A DNA stretch of 63,479 bases, the filler included, from Octopus bimaculoides (lineage: Eukaryota): NCBI RefSeq assembly GCF_001194135.2. It is 8 parts of 6 records of this genome, joined end to end, with 100 filler letters (N's around TTAATTAATTAA, not from the genome) between each part and the next. Parts side by side here need not be neighbours in the genome. Positions count along the whole stretch, not along the records: positions 1 to 12,766 come from NC_068991.1; positions 12,867 to 21,408 come from NC_068991.1; 6 more parts are not named here. One strand, given 5' to 3'. The notes beneath the pieces are model-generated. The model saw only the letters and a program-made list of their open reading frames with translations. It ran no database searches and was not told the DNA's origin. The position numbers and the translations under genes were made by a program. This document shows, one piece after another, positions 1 through 13,099 of this stretch. The stretch's first letter is position 1. The number at the start of each line of letters is the position of its first letter.

Positions 1-10
1 ATACATACAT

Positions 11-60
<50 letters not shown>

Positions 61-259
61 AATATATATAAATATATTTATATATATGTAATATATATAT
101 AAATATGTATATAATATATATGAATATATATGTATATATCTATCTATCTATATAGATATGTATGTATATATAATATATTTATAAATATATTTATATATAT
201 ATAATATATATATAAATAAGTATATAAGATACATATAAATATAAATATATATATATAAA

Positions 260-330
<71 letters not shown>

Positions 331-366
331 TTATTTATCTATCTATCTGTCTGTCTGTCTGTCTAT
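1..366. repeat. Compound (TA)n/(TG)n/(TATC)n microsatellite
   Basis: Directly visible di- and tetranucleotide runs. Confidence 0.95.
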
Positions 367-1099
367 CTACTGCAAATAAACTGTAAACTGGTCCTTATTT
401 TTGACTTTTCTTTCTCTGCCTTGATAGTTTTTGGAAACAGGAAGCATCTTCAATTGATATATTAAAATTATGTATTAAAATATCAACTTCTTCAGAAACT
501 TCACGCCAAGGTCAGGTGATGACTTTCACTGACAGCAGCAAGCATTTTCATAATGTGAATGTCGTCCATTTTCGTTGAAGTTCGACTAACTATAGAATCG
601 TGAAAAGCAGACGTCTCTGCTCGATTTGAAACATTTAATACCAGTCGTGATATTTGGTATATATAGAAACCCTCTCCCATATGACTGTTGAATCATTAGA
701 AAAGATTCTATTAATGTTTTTTTCCAATTTCAAATAGAATTCTATGTAAACACTTTGCACTTCCAAACCTTTATTGTCCTGCTTGTAACATATTGCGTAC
801 TCTACTGAGTATAAACAACACTAAAGATATGTTAACTCTAGCACGTGTAGGTCGATTTGCTAGATTTTGCACATGTTTTTTTTGTTTTATATATCTTTTA
901 CTGTTATTAAACTCAAAGTCAAAAGCAACCATTCACAGCACGGCTACCATGAACACAGTGTTGGCTAGTTTAACTGCTTACACACATATATAAATACAAA
1001 TAGATTAGTATGCTTGCGTAAAATCTCACCTAGCATAAAGATATTACTTTATGATAATATATAGTCTTTCATACCGCTAAACCTAGGCAAATAAAGAAC

Positions 1100-1196
<97 letters not shown>

Positions 1197-1329
1197 GTAC
1201 ATACATACACTTACACCTACAGCCATCTCTACATACACCTGCACACACATCTACACACGCCTACACACACACACACACACACATCTACACACGTGTACAC
1301 ACTCAGAGACTAAATGAATACACACGGTC

Positions 1330-1810
1330 AGACTTTCCTGTCTTTTGACATAATCACTTCTAATATATTTAAACAGAACAAAATGGCGTAACCAACGGCG
1401 AAATTATTCGAAAATGGCGGAAATGGGATTCACTTTCAATATTTGGCTTGAATATTTCTAATGAATGGGACCTTGTGGCATTCAACACTAAATAAGGTCG
1501 AGAGACTCCACCGTTAGACATGCCATATAATTTACTTATGGAGGTTTAATTTACTTCTTGAGTGTTGTTACCTCTGCTATTATTGTTGTCGTAATATTTT
1601 TATATTTAATGAATATGTAATATCTAATACCACGATTTTTATTTTTGGCTTACTTCAGATTATCGACACCGTTTTTGAGGATACCAGAATATCGATGTGT
1701 AAGTTTATGTCAAGGTTTATCGTGTAAGGGATAAGAAAAGATATTCCATACATTAGTGCGTGATATAAACGCTCTCTCAGTCGTTCCAGTCAGCGTTCTG
1801 ACGTCATGGT
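1330..1810 (+). promoter_or_regulatory. Candidate promoter / first-exon region
   Basis: Two YY1-like motifs (CAAAATGGCG 1379-1388, GAAAATGGCGG 1410-1420), palindromic CRE TGACGTCA 1799-1806, local CpG retention and no recognisable repeats. Confidence 0.3.
1659..1698 (+). other. Candidate 40-nt internal exon
   Basis: Acceptor atttttggcttacttcag and consensus donor GT|GTAAGT; two frames open (IIDTVFEDTRISM or LSTPFLRIPEYRC); no homology recognised. Confidence 0.25.
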
Positions 1811-2072
1811 TATTTGAATAATAGGTTTGAGTGGAGGTAAACAAAAGTTGATCCAGAATTTATATAAGGCAAGGAAGAAAATGGAGAAGAGATTCAATTG
1901 ACAAACATCAATAAGATTTACTTACTATAATCATAGGAATGAATAAATAAGTAAATAAATACAACTCCATTGTAACAGCTGTTTCTACTTTGGGTGTCCA
2001 GTATGCTAAAGTTGACACACCATACAAAAATTGAACTCCAAAGCTTATATCCTTACCATGATGGGCTTACTG

Positions 2073-2161
2073 ACTCTCCGATGAAAGTTTTGAGTCCAAT
2101 TTGTGAAAGATGTGTCAACTTTAGCATTCTGGACCCCCAAAGTAGAAACAGCTGTAAGACT
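2073..2161 (+). ncRNA. Hammerhead-like motif (variant core) inside an inverted repeat
   Basis: CCGATGA 2078-2084 ... GAAAC-AGCT-GTA-AGAC 2145-2160; same 3' half as the motif at 39628-39676; long stem II region. Confidence 0.45.
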
Positions 2162-3419
2162 GGAGAAGTTGTAGTTATCTATTTATTTATTCCTATGATT
2201 ATAATAAATAAATTTTTTACTGACGTTTCTCAATTGAATGTCTTCTCCATTTTCTACCTTGCCTTATATATATATATATATATATATNNNNNNNNNNNNN
2301 NNNNNNNNNNNNNNNNNNNNNNNNNNNNNNNNNNNNNNNNNNNNNNNNNNNNNNNNNNNNNNNNNNNNNNNNNNNNNNNNNNNNNNNNNNNNNNNNNNNN
2401 NNNNNNNNNNNNNNNNNNNNNNNNNNNNNNNNNNNNNNNNNNNNNNNNNNNNNNNNNNNNNNNNNNNNNNNNNNNNNNNNNNNNNNNNTATGTAATATAG
2501 TATCTCTATTTGTAGTGGTTCAGATATCGGTTTCGATTTAGAAACTAGACAGTTTTTCAGTTAGCAGTTTAACCAACTGGAATGGCTTAAGTGCTACTGT
2601 TGTGAAAGAAAAACCTTAATGACGTCTATACAGCGGTGTCTCTGTGACCGGGAGAAAAAAAAAGGAGAAATAATTCAATAAAAGAGAAATATATTTAGGT
2701 TGTTATTGTGATAAGCAATCATACATGCCTATTTAGACAGTCTAATGATGCATTTTGTGTTTTAAAAAGTAACAAACATATGATGTGCGTCACACTATTA
2801 AGACTTAAGACCAAATCTAGAAAATACAATTAATTAGTTCTGGAGACAACTCGTTACCGTTTACAGAGAACAAGCAATTAATAAGTGTATAAATAAATAA
2901 CAATAGAATATAAATGTAAAAATAAAAAACAAACAAACAAAAGAAACAAGGCTGTCTTTATTTAGACACACCTCAGGGTTATCAGGACAGTTTTATTTCC
3001 GTTCAGATTGAAGGATCATCAGCCCTACAAGTCGCCAAAAGAAAGCAAGTCTTGTATTAGAAATAAAGATATGAATAAATCAGAAAAAAAATTACAAGAC
3101 AAATAGATAAAAACGAACTAAGAAAATAACCCCCCCCCCCAAAAAAAAACGAATATATAATAAGACAAGCTCAGAAAATAACGCACTATTCTACTGTTCT
3201 TTAAACCACAATCTAACAATGACAACAAAAGAAATGACAATAGGGCAAAAGCCCCTTCTTACACAAGACCCCCCCCCAAAAAAAAATATAAAACAAAAAA
3301 CACTCTTGTGTTCTTTTCATTTGCCATTCCTAATTCTACGACAGTAACACAAATATAACCCCCTCGAAAAATGGCAGCATTATAAGCTACGGCTATTCAA
3401 GTATCGTATAGTTCCTTAC

Positions 3420-3484
3420 CGTTTCCTTTATATTCTTGGATTCACACGTTTCTGATAAAAGATCTGAAAATGGTAAAATATGGC
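3420..3484 (-). CDS. Candidate 65-nt coding exon (HILPFSDLLSETCESKNIKET), unknown gene
   Basis: Acceptor atatttgtctgcag, donor ACG|GTAAGG, open frame; no homology recognised. Confidence 0.3.
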
Positions 3485-3541
3485 CTGCAGACAAATATAC
3501 CGCATGTTTGCATGTATGAACGTACGCTTGTTTATATGCAT

Positions 3542-3593
<52 letters not shown>

Positions 3594-3773
3594 GTATATA
3601 TATGTCTGTATAATGCCTATTTCGTTCAATAACCACTCCCTTCTTCTCGCATATCTATCCGTATATCCACCACCCTATCACTTCACCCACAACACCTATA
3701 ACAAAAGCATTCACCACATCCCCTGCCCTGCCATGCTGTGCAACAGAATTCCCCACTGTCACCACCACAACTA

Positions 3774-3826
<53 letters not shown>

Positions 3827-4160
3827 TCACTGTGCCAACATCGCCACCGCGACCATCGTTGTTTTAGGAGATATGGACAATTGGCGCGAAAATTGCCATA
3901 CAATGTCAAGTGATTGTTCGTCTCCTTCAGCAGTGACACACACACACACACACGCGCGCGCGCGCGTACGCCCACACACACATATACATACCAACATTCA
4001 TATGCATCTACACTCACACGCAAGTAAGTAGTTTCTTCATAGATACTTAAAAACACACACTCGCTCTCTCAAATACATATCACACATACAATCGCTCACA
4101 CATATGTATATATATATGTATATATATATATGCATCTATATAGATGCATATATATATATA

Positions 4161-4215
<55 letters not shown>

Positions 4216-4483
4216 NNNNNNNNNNNNTATATATACATATATACATATGTATATATATATATATATACATATATACATATATATAAATATATATTATGCA
4301 TATACATACATATCTATCTAATCCCTCTATCTATCTATCTATCTATCTATACATACATACATACATACATACATACACACATATACATAACATCTTCGCA
4401 TATCTTCATTTAGACATACGCTCACACGCATACTCCCCCACACAGAAACACTCTGACACCCACACAAACACATACAAACGCGC

Positions 4484-4497
4484 ATCCCCTACACACC

Positions 4498-4583
<86 letters not shown>
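4484..4583. repeat. (CA)n microsatellite
   Basis: Long CA run. Confidence 0.95.
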
Positions 4584-4587
<4 letters not shown>

Positions 4588-4884
4588 AACACTCATAAAG
4601 ATTGACTGACGCATATATCCTGAGGGCTCTCGTTAATAGATCTATGAGTGGATTGATAGCAATGAATTTACTGTCATTTGAAGAACATGTAATATTATTG
4701 TTGTTTTTGTTGTTATTGTCATTTAGCCTCAGGTTATGTCTGATCGACCATATCTCTGATCAAAGTTACTCCAGCCATAACCATCCTTCCGTTATTTAAG
4801 ACACTGAACTTCATAATTAATTTGGCTGCTATTTTCAATACATCAGTCTTGTCATTTCTCGTTGTTGTTGCTGTTACTGTTAAT

Positions 4885-5095
4885 GGAGCCGGTGGATTAG
4901 CCCAATCGTTAGAGCGATTTATGATACGTTTCGAATCATTACATTCTGAGCTCAAATCTGGCTGAGGTCAACTTTTTCTTTCATTTTTTTTCGGGGTCGG
5001 TAAAACAAAGTACTCACTAAATAGTGAGGTTCATAGTATCTTATAACCCTCATACCTTCAAATTTGCTGTACTTGTACCTAAATTAGAAGCTATT
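4885..5095 (+). mobile_element. SINE family B (acgttctgagttcaaattccgccgaggtcgac type), degenerate
   Basis: Shared core with many copies in the window. Confidence 0.65.
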
Positions 5096-5254
5096 TTACC
5101 CTTCTCAGATCAGCTCTCAACAATCAGATCTGTGATCATCGGTGTTCTAAATATGACCATCATTCCTCAATTTAAAACACTGTGTCAGAACGGCCACATT
5201 GTTCCAAGAAGATAAAACTGGGTTTCAGGATTAATACAGTTGCTATTTTCAGCA

Positions 5255-5590
5255 TAGTTCGGAGGTTAGAACGTCGGGCTCACAATCAGGAGGTAGTGAG
5301 CTCGATTCGCGGACGAGGCTGTGTGTTGTGTTCTTGAGCGAGACACTTTATTTCACGTTGCTGCAGTTCACACATCTGTAGAAATGATTTGCTACGTCAC
5401 TGGTGCCAAGCTTTATCGGCTTTTGCATTTCCATTGGACAACATTAGTGGGGTGGAGAGATGAGGCTGGTATGCATGGGCGCCTGCTGGTCTTCCATTAA
5501 CAACCTTGCCCGGACTTGTACCGCGGAAGTAACTTTCTAGGTATAATCCCATGGTCATTCATTTCTAGGTGTAATCCCATGGTCATTTGT
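5255..5590 (+). mobile_element. tRNA-derived SINE with central gtgttgtgttcttgagc domain
   Basis: A/B-box-like head, central domain shared with 35548-35799, duplicated tail tttctaggt.taatcccatggtcatt. Confidence 0.65.
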
Positions 5591-5614
5591 CACTGTTGTA
5601 ACTGCTTTTATGTC

Positions 5615-5790
5615 CGGTTGAATCGCAAAATAGTTAGAGTATCGTACAAAAATGCCTTGCAGTCTTTGTTTCAAATCTTTACGTTCTGAGTTCAAATCCT
5701 GCCGAGGTAAACTTTGCCTTTTATTTTTTCGGAGTCGATGAAATAAAGTATCAGATACCGGAATTAATTTAATTCATTAACCTCTCCTAA
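5615..5790 (+). mobile_element. SINE family B copy
   Basis: Core acgttctgagttcaaatcctgccgaggt. Confidence 0.65.
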
Positions 5791-5926
5791 ATTTATTTCC
5801 GAACGTTTATGCTGAAAACAGCTGTTACTGTTTATGCCCACGTCATCACTGATTGAGAAAACCTTGCATATTTCCTTTAAGTCGCACGCTCTCTCCCTCT
5901 ATTGCCCTCAGTTTCTTCGTGTATAA

Positions 5927-6573
5927 CAGGGTTTCTCAACCATATTTTATTTGTGGAACACTTTGACTACTATTTTATTCTCGTGAATCCCCATAACCAT
6001 TCGATACTCATTAACAAGTTTTATAGAAACTTCTTTCAAAATTTCTATTTTGTTTTTCACACATGAACGTCTGTAGGTTGAACTAAGTAAAATATTAGAG
6101 AAAGAAACGTAACTGTTTGTTGCAATACATACATCTAACGTAGGGGCTCTCAACCATTTTTATCGATGGAGCCTTTCATCTACAATTTTGGATAAACTTC
6201 TTTCAAAATTCCTATTGAACACAACACAGCCTCAAGAACACAACACACAGCCTCAAAAACACAACACACAGCCTCAAGAACACAACACACAGCCTCGTCC
6301 CACATGAACTTGGATAGGTTGAACTCTGAAAAAATCTTCAAGAAAGAAACCCAGCTGTTTCTTGTAATACATACCAATACATACATCTAGAGCAAATTTT
6401 TTTCTGGTGCCCTTAAAACNNNNNNNNNNNNNNNNNNNNNNNNNNNNNNNNNNNNNNNNNNNNNNNNNNNNNNNNNNNNNNNNNNNNNNNNNNNNNNNNN
6501 NNNNNNNNNNCCCTCGTCCCCAAATCTCATATGGATTTTCAGGGGCCATATGAAGCTTGGGTGAGAACCACTG
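5927..6573 (+). mobile_element. Non-autonomous hAT-type element with 8-bp TSD
   Basis: Termini CAGGGTTTCTCAACC ... GGTGAGAACCACTG; flanks gtgtataa (5919-5926) / gtggataa (6574-6581) match 7/8; internal duplication and 21-bp tandem repeat; contains a gap. Confidence 0.7.
6218..6296. repeat. 21-bp tandem repeat x~4 (aacacaacacacagcctcaag)
   Basis: Direct tandem copies with no spacers. Confidence 0.9.
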
Positions 6574-6704
6574 GTGGATAATATCAATAGGAATAGCATA
6601 AATCTGAAGAATCATGTCCTTATGAATGGAATGTTCTGCAGTAAGTGTAAATCCGCACTGTCGTCCTTTGTCCCTGTATTGTCTCTAACATCTTTGGTCT
6701 CGGT

Positions 6705-6705
6705 G

Positions 6706-6769
<64 letters not shown>

Positions 6770-6790
6770 AGACGATGACGACGACAATGA
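6705..6790. repeat. (ACT)n/(GAC)n microsatellite
   Basis: Visible triplet run. Confidence 0.95.
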
Positions 6791-7433
6791 CATCGACAAA
6801 AAACAAAAGATTGAAAATTCAAAGAATAAGTAGAGAGCTGGTGAAATATACTATGGTATTAAGTTACATCCCTTTACTTTTTGTAACCATCTTTTTATGG
6901 CAGAATTAGTAGAGAACATGACAGAATGTCTTGTTGGCTTGAGTTAATCTCCTTGATGTTCTCAGTTCAAATCTGGTCGCAGTCCAATGAACATTTAATC
7001 GTTCTGCAATAAGCAAAATATGTACAGGGCAATTAAACTGAGCGTACACGGTCTTAAAAAAAAGATGGTAAATATAGCTCCTGGTACTTAGTTAGGCTAG
7101 TTGTACTTCGTTTCCAAGATGCGCGATAACTTTACCGTTTATCAATCTAGAATCGATAAAATTGGTAGCAATCTGGAGGCATTTTAATCGACCTTGACCT
7201 TAAAGTCACAAGAAATTAAGTGACCTTGTACTACATGTATAGATGTCCCGGAAGTGTAATACTAGACTGAATATTTTCCTCGATTTAAGTTCTGGTTTCA
7301 AATTCCACAAATAGTTCTTCCTCGTCCTTGGGTCAATAAACTAAATACCAGTCATATACTGCGGTCAATTCAGTAGGTCGTTCCTTTGTTACAAATGCAC
7401 GATATTGTTTCAATGTTTGGTAATCGTTATCAA

Positions 7434-7592
7434 TACTGTCTTACGTTCTGAGTTCAAACTCCGCTAAGGTCGACTTTGCCTCTCATCCGTTCGGGGGTCG
7501 ATAAATTAAGTACCAGTTGAGTACTTGGGTCGATTTAATCGATTTAACCCCTACCCTTAAACCTCAGGCCTTGTGCCTAGAGTAGAAAGGTT
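7434..7592 (+). mobile_element. SINE family B copy
   Basis: Core plus ggggtcgataaattaagtaccagtt tail. Confidence 0.75.
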
Positions 7593-7599
7593 TATTAAT

Positions 7600-8070
7600 A
7601 CTGTTTATCGTGTGATATTTTTGCACTTGCTCGTTATTGATTTTTCTTGTAGTACTTATTGTTAGTTTTCCTGCCATTGTTCCTTTGGTTGTTCTTGACA
7701 TTATTGTCTTTTATTTACCATTCCTGATACGATTTATTCATGTTGTTGGTATTGTCGTTGGATTTGTTGCTATCTGTGCAGATTTGCAGATTGTATCCCA
7801 TTGTTTACAATTGCAAACGTTCTTTCCGTTCCTGCTATTGTTGTTGTTTCTTCCGCTGTGGGTTTTGCTGTAAATTTCGTTTGTTCTGAACCTCAAGCGT
7901 TTATTAGCATCGCTGCCGTATGTCTCCTCATTCACTCTAACAACAGATTCTCAATGAAGAAGTTTTGGCTGAAGAGCTGAGAGCTGAAGAACTATGTCTT
8001 GAGGCAACCCGATCTCAACTAGAGATAAGAGGGTCGATTGACTCTGATTGGTCGCCATTTTTGTTCGGTC
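7600..8070 (-). mobile_element. Possible Penelope-like 5'/linker remnant
   Basis: Asn/Lys-rich frame with CNCK motif, resembling the linker of the element at 57.8-59.5 kb; weak. Confidence 0.25.
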
Positions 8071-9765
8071 GTCTGCTAATATGTGAAAAAAAAAATGAAA
8101 CAAAAGAGTTGAATAAATAAAGAGAGAATGAATGCTAAGAGTTAAAATAAAATAAAAAATAAATGGCGTAAGAAAGAAATTTACACTTATTTTGTTTTTT
8201 GTTTGTGTATGTTGGTAAGGTGTTTAAAGAAAAAAATAGACAAGAAAGATTGAAAGAAAGAAATTATTGAAGCACTATCCTAGGCGGCTGGTTTAGCTAT
8301 GTGGAAGAGATATTTATAAACAAAAAATGATAAATGGAAAGAATAGAAAAACGAGAAAGACTTAAGAAAAGAAAGACACACAGAGAGATACATCTTTGTT
8401 CTAATATCTGCTAATATAGACAAAACACTCTAGAGGAAAAACAAAAAAGAAAATGAAGAAAATGAAAAAAATGTTAAAGTGAATGAAAAAAGAAAACAAG
8501 GTAATAATGAAAATGTCCTTACTTGTATCAGTTGTCTGCTGATAGCGGTCGTCTGCAAAAATGGTTAATGCTTTTAAACAAAAGGAATAGAGAAGAGAAG
8601 ACTGAAAAAAATTATAGAAAGACTAAAGGAAGTAAGAAAAAAATTCATCAAAACCAGTTCCGCCTACCATCTGCTGATACAAACACGAAAGAATAGCGGT
8701 GGTGGTGGTGCTGGTGGTGGTGCTGGTGGTGGTGTTGGTGTTGGTGGAGAGGACATGGAGGTTAAAAAGCAAAGTAATGTTTGTTTATTTGTTAAAGAAA
8801 AAGAAAGAAAGAGACAATGAGAGCAAAAGTGGAACGAGGAAGAGAATAAGAAAAATGGAAAGAAATGCCGTAAAATAGATTGGGTGTTTAGCTAATATAG
8901 ACAAGGTATTTTAATGAAACAAGTAAAAGAAACTGTGTAAGATAAAACGGGGGAAATAAAACGAAAAATATAAAAGACGTAGATTAGAAAATATTTGTAG
9001 ATTAAAGATATTGTCTTTGTTGTCTTAATTGTTCTCTTTCACTGAGTGACAAAATGACAATTAGAGAAAAATGTTAACTAAAATACAATAATTAGTAACG
9101 TGGTGAGGAGTTTCAATGTCGTACGTACATGATGAGAGGACGCCTCAAATATTTGAATAATAGCACTTAGTTTGAATATTTATATTCTACACACACGTAC
9201 ACGCACACGATGCAGACATACTCACATGCAAAGGCACAAATATATAAACATATACACACTCACACTTTTAAGCTTTCGCTATTTTTTTTCCCCTTCGCCT
9301 CTCCTGCCTTTCCATCCCGCTTTATGAACTGCACCGTCTTTTAAGCAAAGTTTCTATACAGCATTAGCACGAAAGGCCATCAGCGATACTTGCTAGACGT
9401 AAAAATCTCCTCCCACTTATAGTATTTCAAATATTTAAGCTCGACTCTTAATGTTGAATGTTGAATTATATTAATTGACAGTGTTTACTAAAAATAAAAT
9501 TTCAATTTAAAATTCGAAATTTTACTCCAACGAACTTTTTCAGTAACCGAAAAACACCATCGTCACCACCACCACCACCACCACCATCAAAATCACCTTC
9601 CGGAGAAAATGATTTATGATATTTCTTCCGGCTGTGCGTGCCTTCCATCATTTTGGTGTCGACAAAATAAGTCACCAGTTGCGCTCTGAGATCGAAATAA
9701 TAAGTTATTTGATTACATTTTTTATCATCAACATCATATTTGTTTTCTTAACATCACCAATCTCA

Positions 9766-9935
9766 TTCTTCTTCTTCTTCTTCTTCTTCTTCTTCTTCTT
9801 CTTCTTCTTCTTCTTCTTCTTCTTCTTCTTTTTCTTCTTCTTCTTCTTCTTCTTCTTCTTCTTCTTCTTCTTCTTCTTCTTCTTCCTCTTCCTCCTCCTC
9901 CTCCTCTTCTTCTTTTTCTTCTTCTTCTTCTTTCT
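9766..9935. repeat. (TTC)n / (GAA)n tract
   Basis: About 170 bp polypyrimidine triplet run. Confidence 0.95.
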
Positions 9936-10029
9936 CTTCAATAAAATAAGTACCAGTTCAATACTGCGGTCGATTTAATCGACCCCCCCCCCACACCCAG
10001 GCGTTTTGCCCCGGCGTACTAACAATCCT

Positions 10030-10900
10030 TCTTTCTAGTTCGCGGCCATGTTTAAGAGAAATATATTTACAGTTGGTTTCGATAAGACTGTATTACGGGA
10101 GATCCATGCACTTGCACAATTTCGCAGATGGTGTAATGCAGAGAGAAATAGGTTGGAAAACTGAAGTATTGTGCCACAAACTTCTGAGTTGTAGCTTCGA
10201 ACTATCTGAAAATGTTTCATCAACTGGTTAGTCACTGTCCGACCAGTTTTCTCAATGTACAATAAACTACAAAGTGTTCATTTTATGCAATTGATAATAC
10301 TTTTAAATATGGACCTGACGGTGGTCGTCATTTGGAAGGATGATCTAAGTTCGTGAAGAATTATGATTTTTTTGGCCGAATGTACAGGTAATGTAACAGA
10401 AACTGCTGCAGGTTGGATGGTGTGAAGGATAAAGGAACTGTGGATTAGAAGTTCAAGCACGTTGGATTTGTGGCTGATGGAAAAAAAAAAAATAGGTAGC
10501 CAGAGAGGATTTGGGAATTAGTAAGGTGGAAATGGAAGGATATGGGTGTGCAGGAGAATAGTAAACAGACGCGGCACGATGGTGGAATGCAACGTAAAAA
10601 GGAAGAGAAAAGAGTTGAGAATATGGAGGTTAGGAGGTAGGAGGGTGCTACGGCAAGCAGCATCGGTGACTGATTACAAATGAGCCCGTTATATGAAGGA
10701 ACAGGTGAAGTATCAGAATATACAGGGAACAGAGTTGGAGCAACAGTTATTTAGGTAGAGGTGATTTGGTGTGACTGGAGTGAAATAAGACGAATTAGAG
10801 TTGGGAGGTGGGATTCAGTAAGTTATGGCAGCTATTCCTAGCTGATACCTTATTCAAGTGTGGGTTTTGAAACACTCCATTCCCAATTTTTTTTATTATA
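10030..10900 (-). mobile_element. Penelope-like element remnant (linker + GIY-YIG endonuclease)
   Basis: Degenerate translation LELLIHSS...IINCIK*TLCSLLYIEKTGRTVTNQLMKHF resembles the PLE pattern LxDxLVxS...VIYCIxCxxCxxxYIGETGRxLxxRFxEH. Confidence 0.6.
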
Positions 10901-11045
10901 ACACTTAAAATAAAACGGACATCGGTTTGCTGGGTTCACAACATTACAGTTAAACATCTGACCGTAAGCGCGCGTGTGAATGTGTGTATAAATATATCTG
11001 TGTGTATGTGTGTGATGCGTGTGTGTGCACGTGTGTGCTGGCCTG

Positions 11046-11071
<26 letters not shown>

Positions 11072-11083
<12 letters not shown>

Positions 11084-11449
11084 GCACTCCGTCGCTTACG
11101 ACGTCGTGGGTTCCAGTTGATCCGATCAACGGAACAGCCTGCTCGTGAAATTAACGTGCAAGTGGCTGAGCACTCCACAGACACGTGTACCCTTAACGTA
11201 GTTCTCGGGGATATTTAGCGTGACACAGTGTGACAAGGCTGACCCTTTGAATTACAGGCACAACAGAAACAGGAAGTAAGAGTGAGAGAAAGTTGTGGTG
11301 AAAGAGTACAGCAGGGTTCGCCACCACCCCCTGCCAGAGCCTTGTGGAGCTTTAGCTTTCAATAAACACTCACAACGCCCGGTCTGGGAATCGAAACCAT
11401 GATCCTACGACCACGAGTCCGCTGCCCTAACCACTGGGCCATTGCGCCT

Positions 11450-11453
<4 letters not shown>
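11072..11453 (-). mobile_element. Full-length tRNA-derived SINE family A, about 380 bp, (AAC)n tail
   Basis: Head GGCGCAATGGCCCAGTGGTTAGGG (A box) ... GGTTTCGATTCCC (B box); near-identical copies at 33.2, 33.5, 38.6 and 45.0 kb; resembles the tRNA-derived SINEs described from octopus. Confidence 0.9.
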
Positions 11454-11497
<44 letters not shown>

Positions 11498-12165
11498 TTA
11501 TTTTTTTATTTATGCGGTTCAGCCAAGTGGCTGTGGTCATGCTGGAGCACCATCGTGACTTTCCGTCTTTATGCTGTGCTCTCTTCACGTTCCTTGCATG
11601 GCTCTTCTCCACTTGATATAGTCCAATCAAGAGTTTTGATGGCACATCTGGTGTATAAGAGAATTTGACNNNNNNNNNNNNNNNNNNNNNNNNNNNNNNN
11701 NNNNNNNNNNNNNNNNNNNNNNNNNNNNNNNNNNNNNNNNNNNNNNNNNNNNNNNNNNNNNNNNNNNNNNNNNNNNNNNNNNNNNNNNNNNNNNNNNNNN
11801 NNNNNNNNNNNNNNNNNNNNNNNNNNNNNNNNNNNNNNNNNNNNNNNNNNNNNNNNNNNNNNNNNNNNNNNNNNNNNNNNNNNNNNNNNNNNNNNNNNNN
11901 NNNNNNNNNNNNNNNNNNNNNNNNNNNNNNNNNNNNNNNNNNNNNNNNNNNNNNNNNNNNNNNNNNNNNNNNNNNNNNNNNNNNNNNNNNNNNNNNNNNN
12001 NNNNNTTTTATTTTCTCTCCCTGTTTATTTCTGTGGTCCTTTCTGTCGAAGAGTGTATTCTCGAAACGTAAAAAAATTTTTTCTCACTTCCCGAGCGTTA
12101 AACTAATACATCTGTTTGTTGTTTACACACTCGTTTTCATCTTTCGTTTCTTTTGTAAATTCTCA

Positions 12166-12218
<53 letters not shown>

Positions 12219-12300
12219 CATTTCTACATGCATATTTACGTATATATGTAAATGCTTATATATAGACAAGTATATCTATATACAAAAAAACTCTCACATC

Positions 12301-12331
<31 letters not shown>

Positions 12332-12766
12332 GCACGCACACACACACACATGTATATATGCTTATTTAAAATGAATATAACTATTTGTAATGCTGTATGT
12401 ATATATATATATATAAATATACATATATATACATATATATGCACATATACATATATAGACATATATACGTGCATGTTTGCGCGCGTGTGTACTAGTTTGT
12501 GCGCGCATATTAATCTGTCTCTTTGTGTATACATGCACTTTCAAATGTATATAAGTTTTACAAGAATTATATATTATGTTTCTCACTCTCTCTAAGTCTC
12601 TCGGCATTCCTATCGCTACGCGTAAGAATGTTATCATATACGGCAAGGCATATATATATATGTATATCTTCAGATCTACATAATATATATATGCACGTAT
12701 ATGTGTAATACGTCTATGTTTATTATATATATATAATGTATATTATATATATATATATATATATAT

Positions 12767-12866
12767 NNNNNNNNNNNNNNNNNNNNNNNNNNNNNNNNNN
12801 NNNNNNNNNNTTAATTAATTAANNNNNNNNNNNNNNNNNNNNNNNNNNNNNNNNNNNNNNNNNNNN
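12767..12866. other. Synthetic 100-bp gap spacer (44N + TTAATTAATTAA + 44N)
   Basis: Same construct at 21453, 34664, 38532, 44719, 54606 and 59854 (start of the 12-mer); stops in all six frames. Confidence 0.95.
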
Positions 12867-12928
12867 TATATATATACACACACAGATATGTATGCCTATG
12901 TGTATGTAAATATATATACATATATGTA

Positions 12929-12968
<40 letters not shown>

Positions 12969-13099
12969 GCTTTTATTTCTTTTTTTTATATTTCTCCTCC
13001 TTTTGCCTCTTTTAATATTCAATACAATATGTTCACATGTATTTGGCAAACCATTATATGTCTTCACTAGTCTCAGCTTCTTAAAATCAACAGACAATG

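Noticed and set aside
9616-9978. Poly-F/poly-K ORFs, and the poly-E/R ORFs at 49.0-49.4 kb
   Set aside because: Translations of (TTC)n microsatellites.
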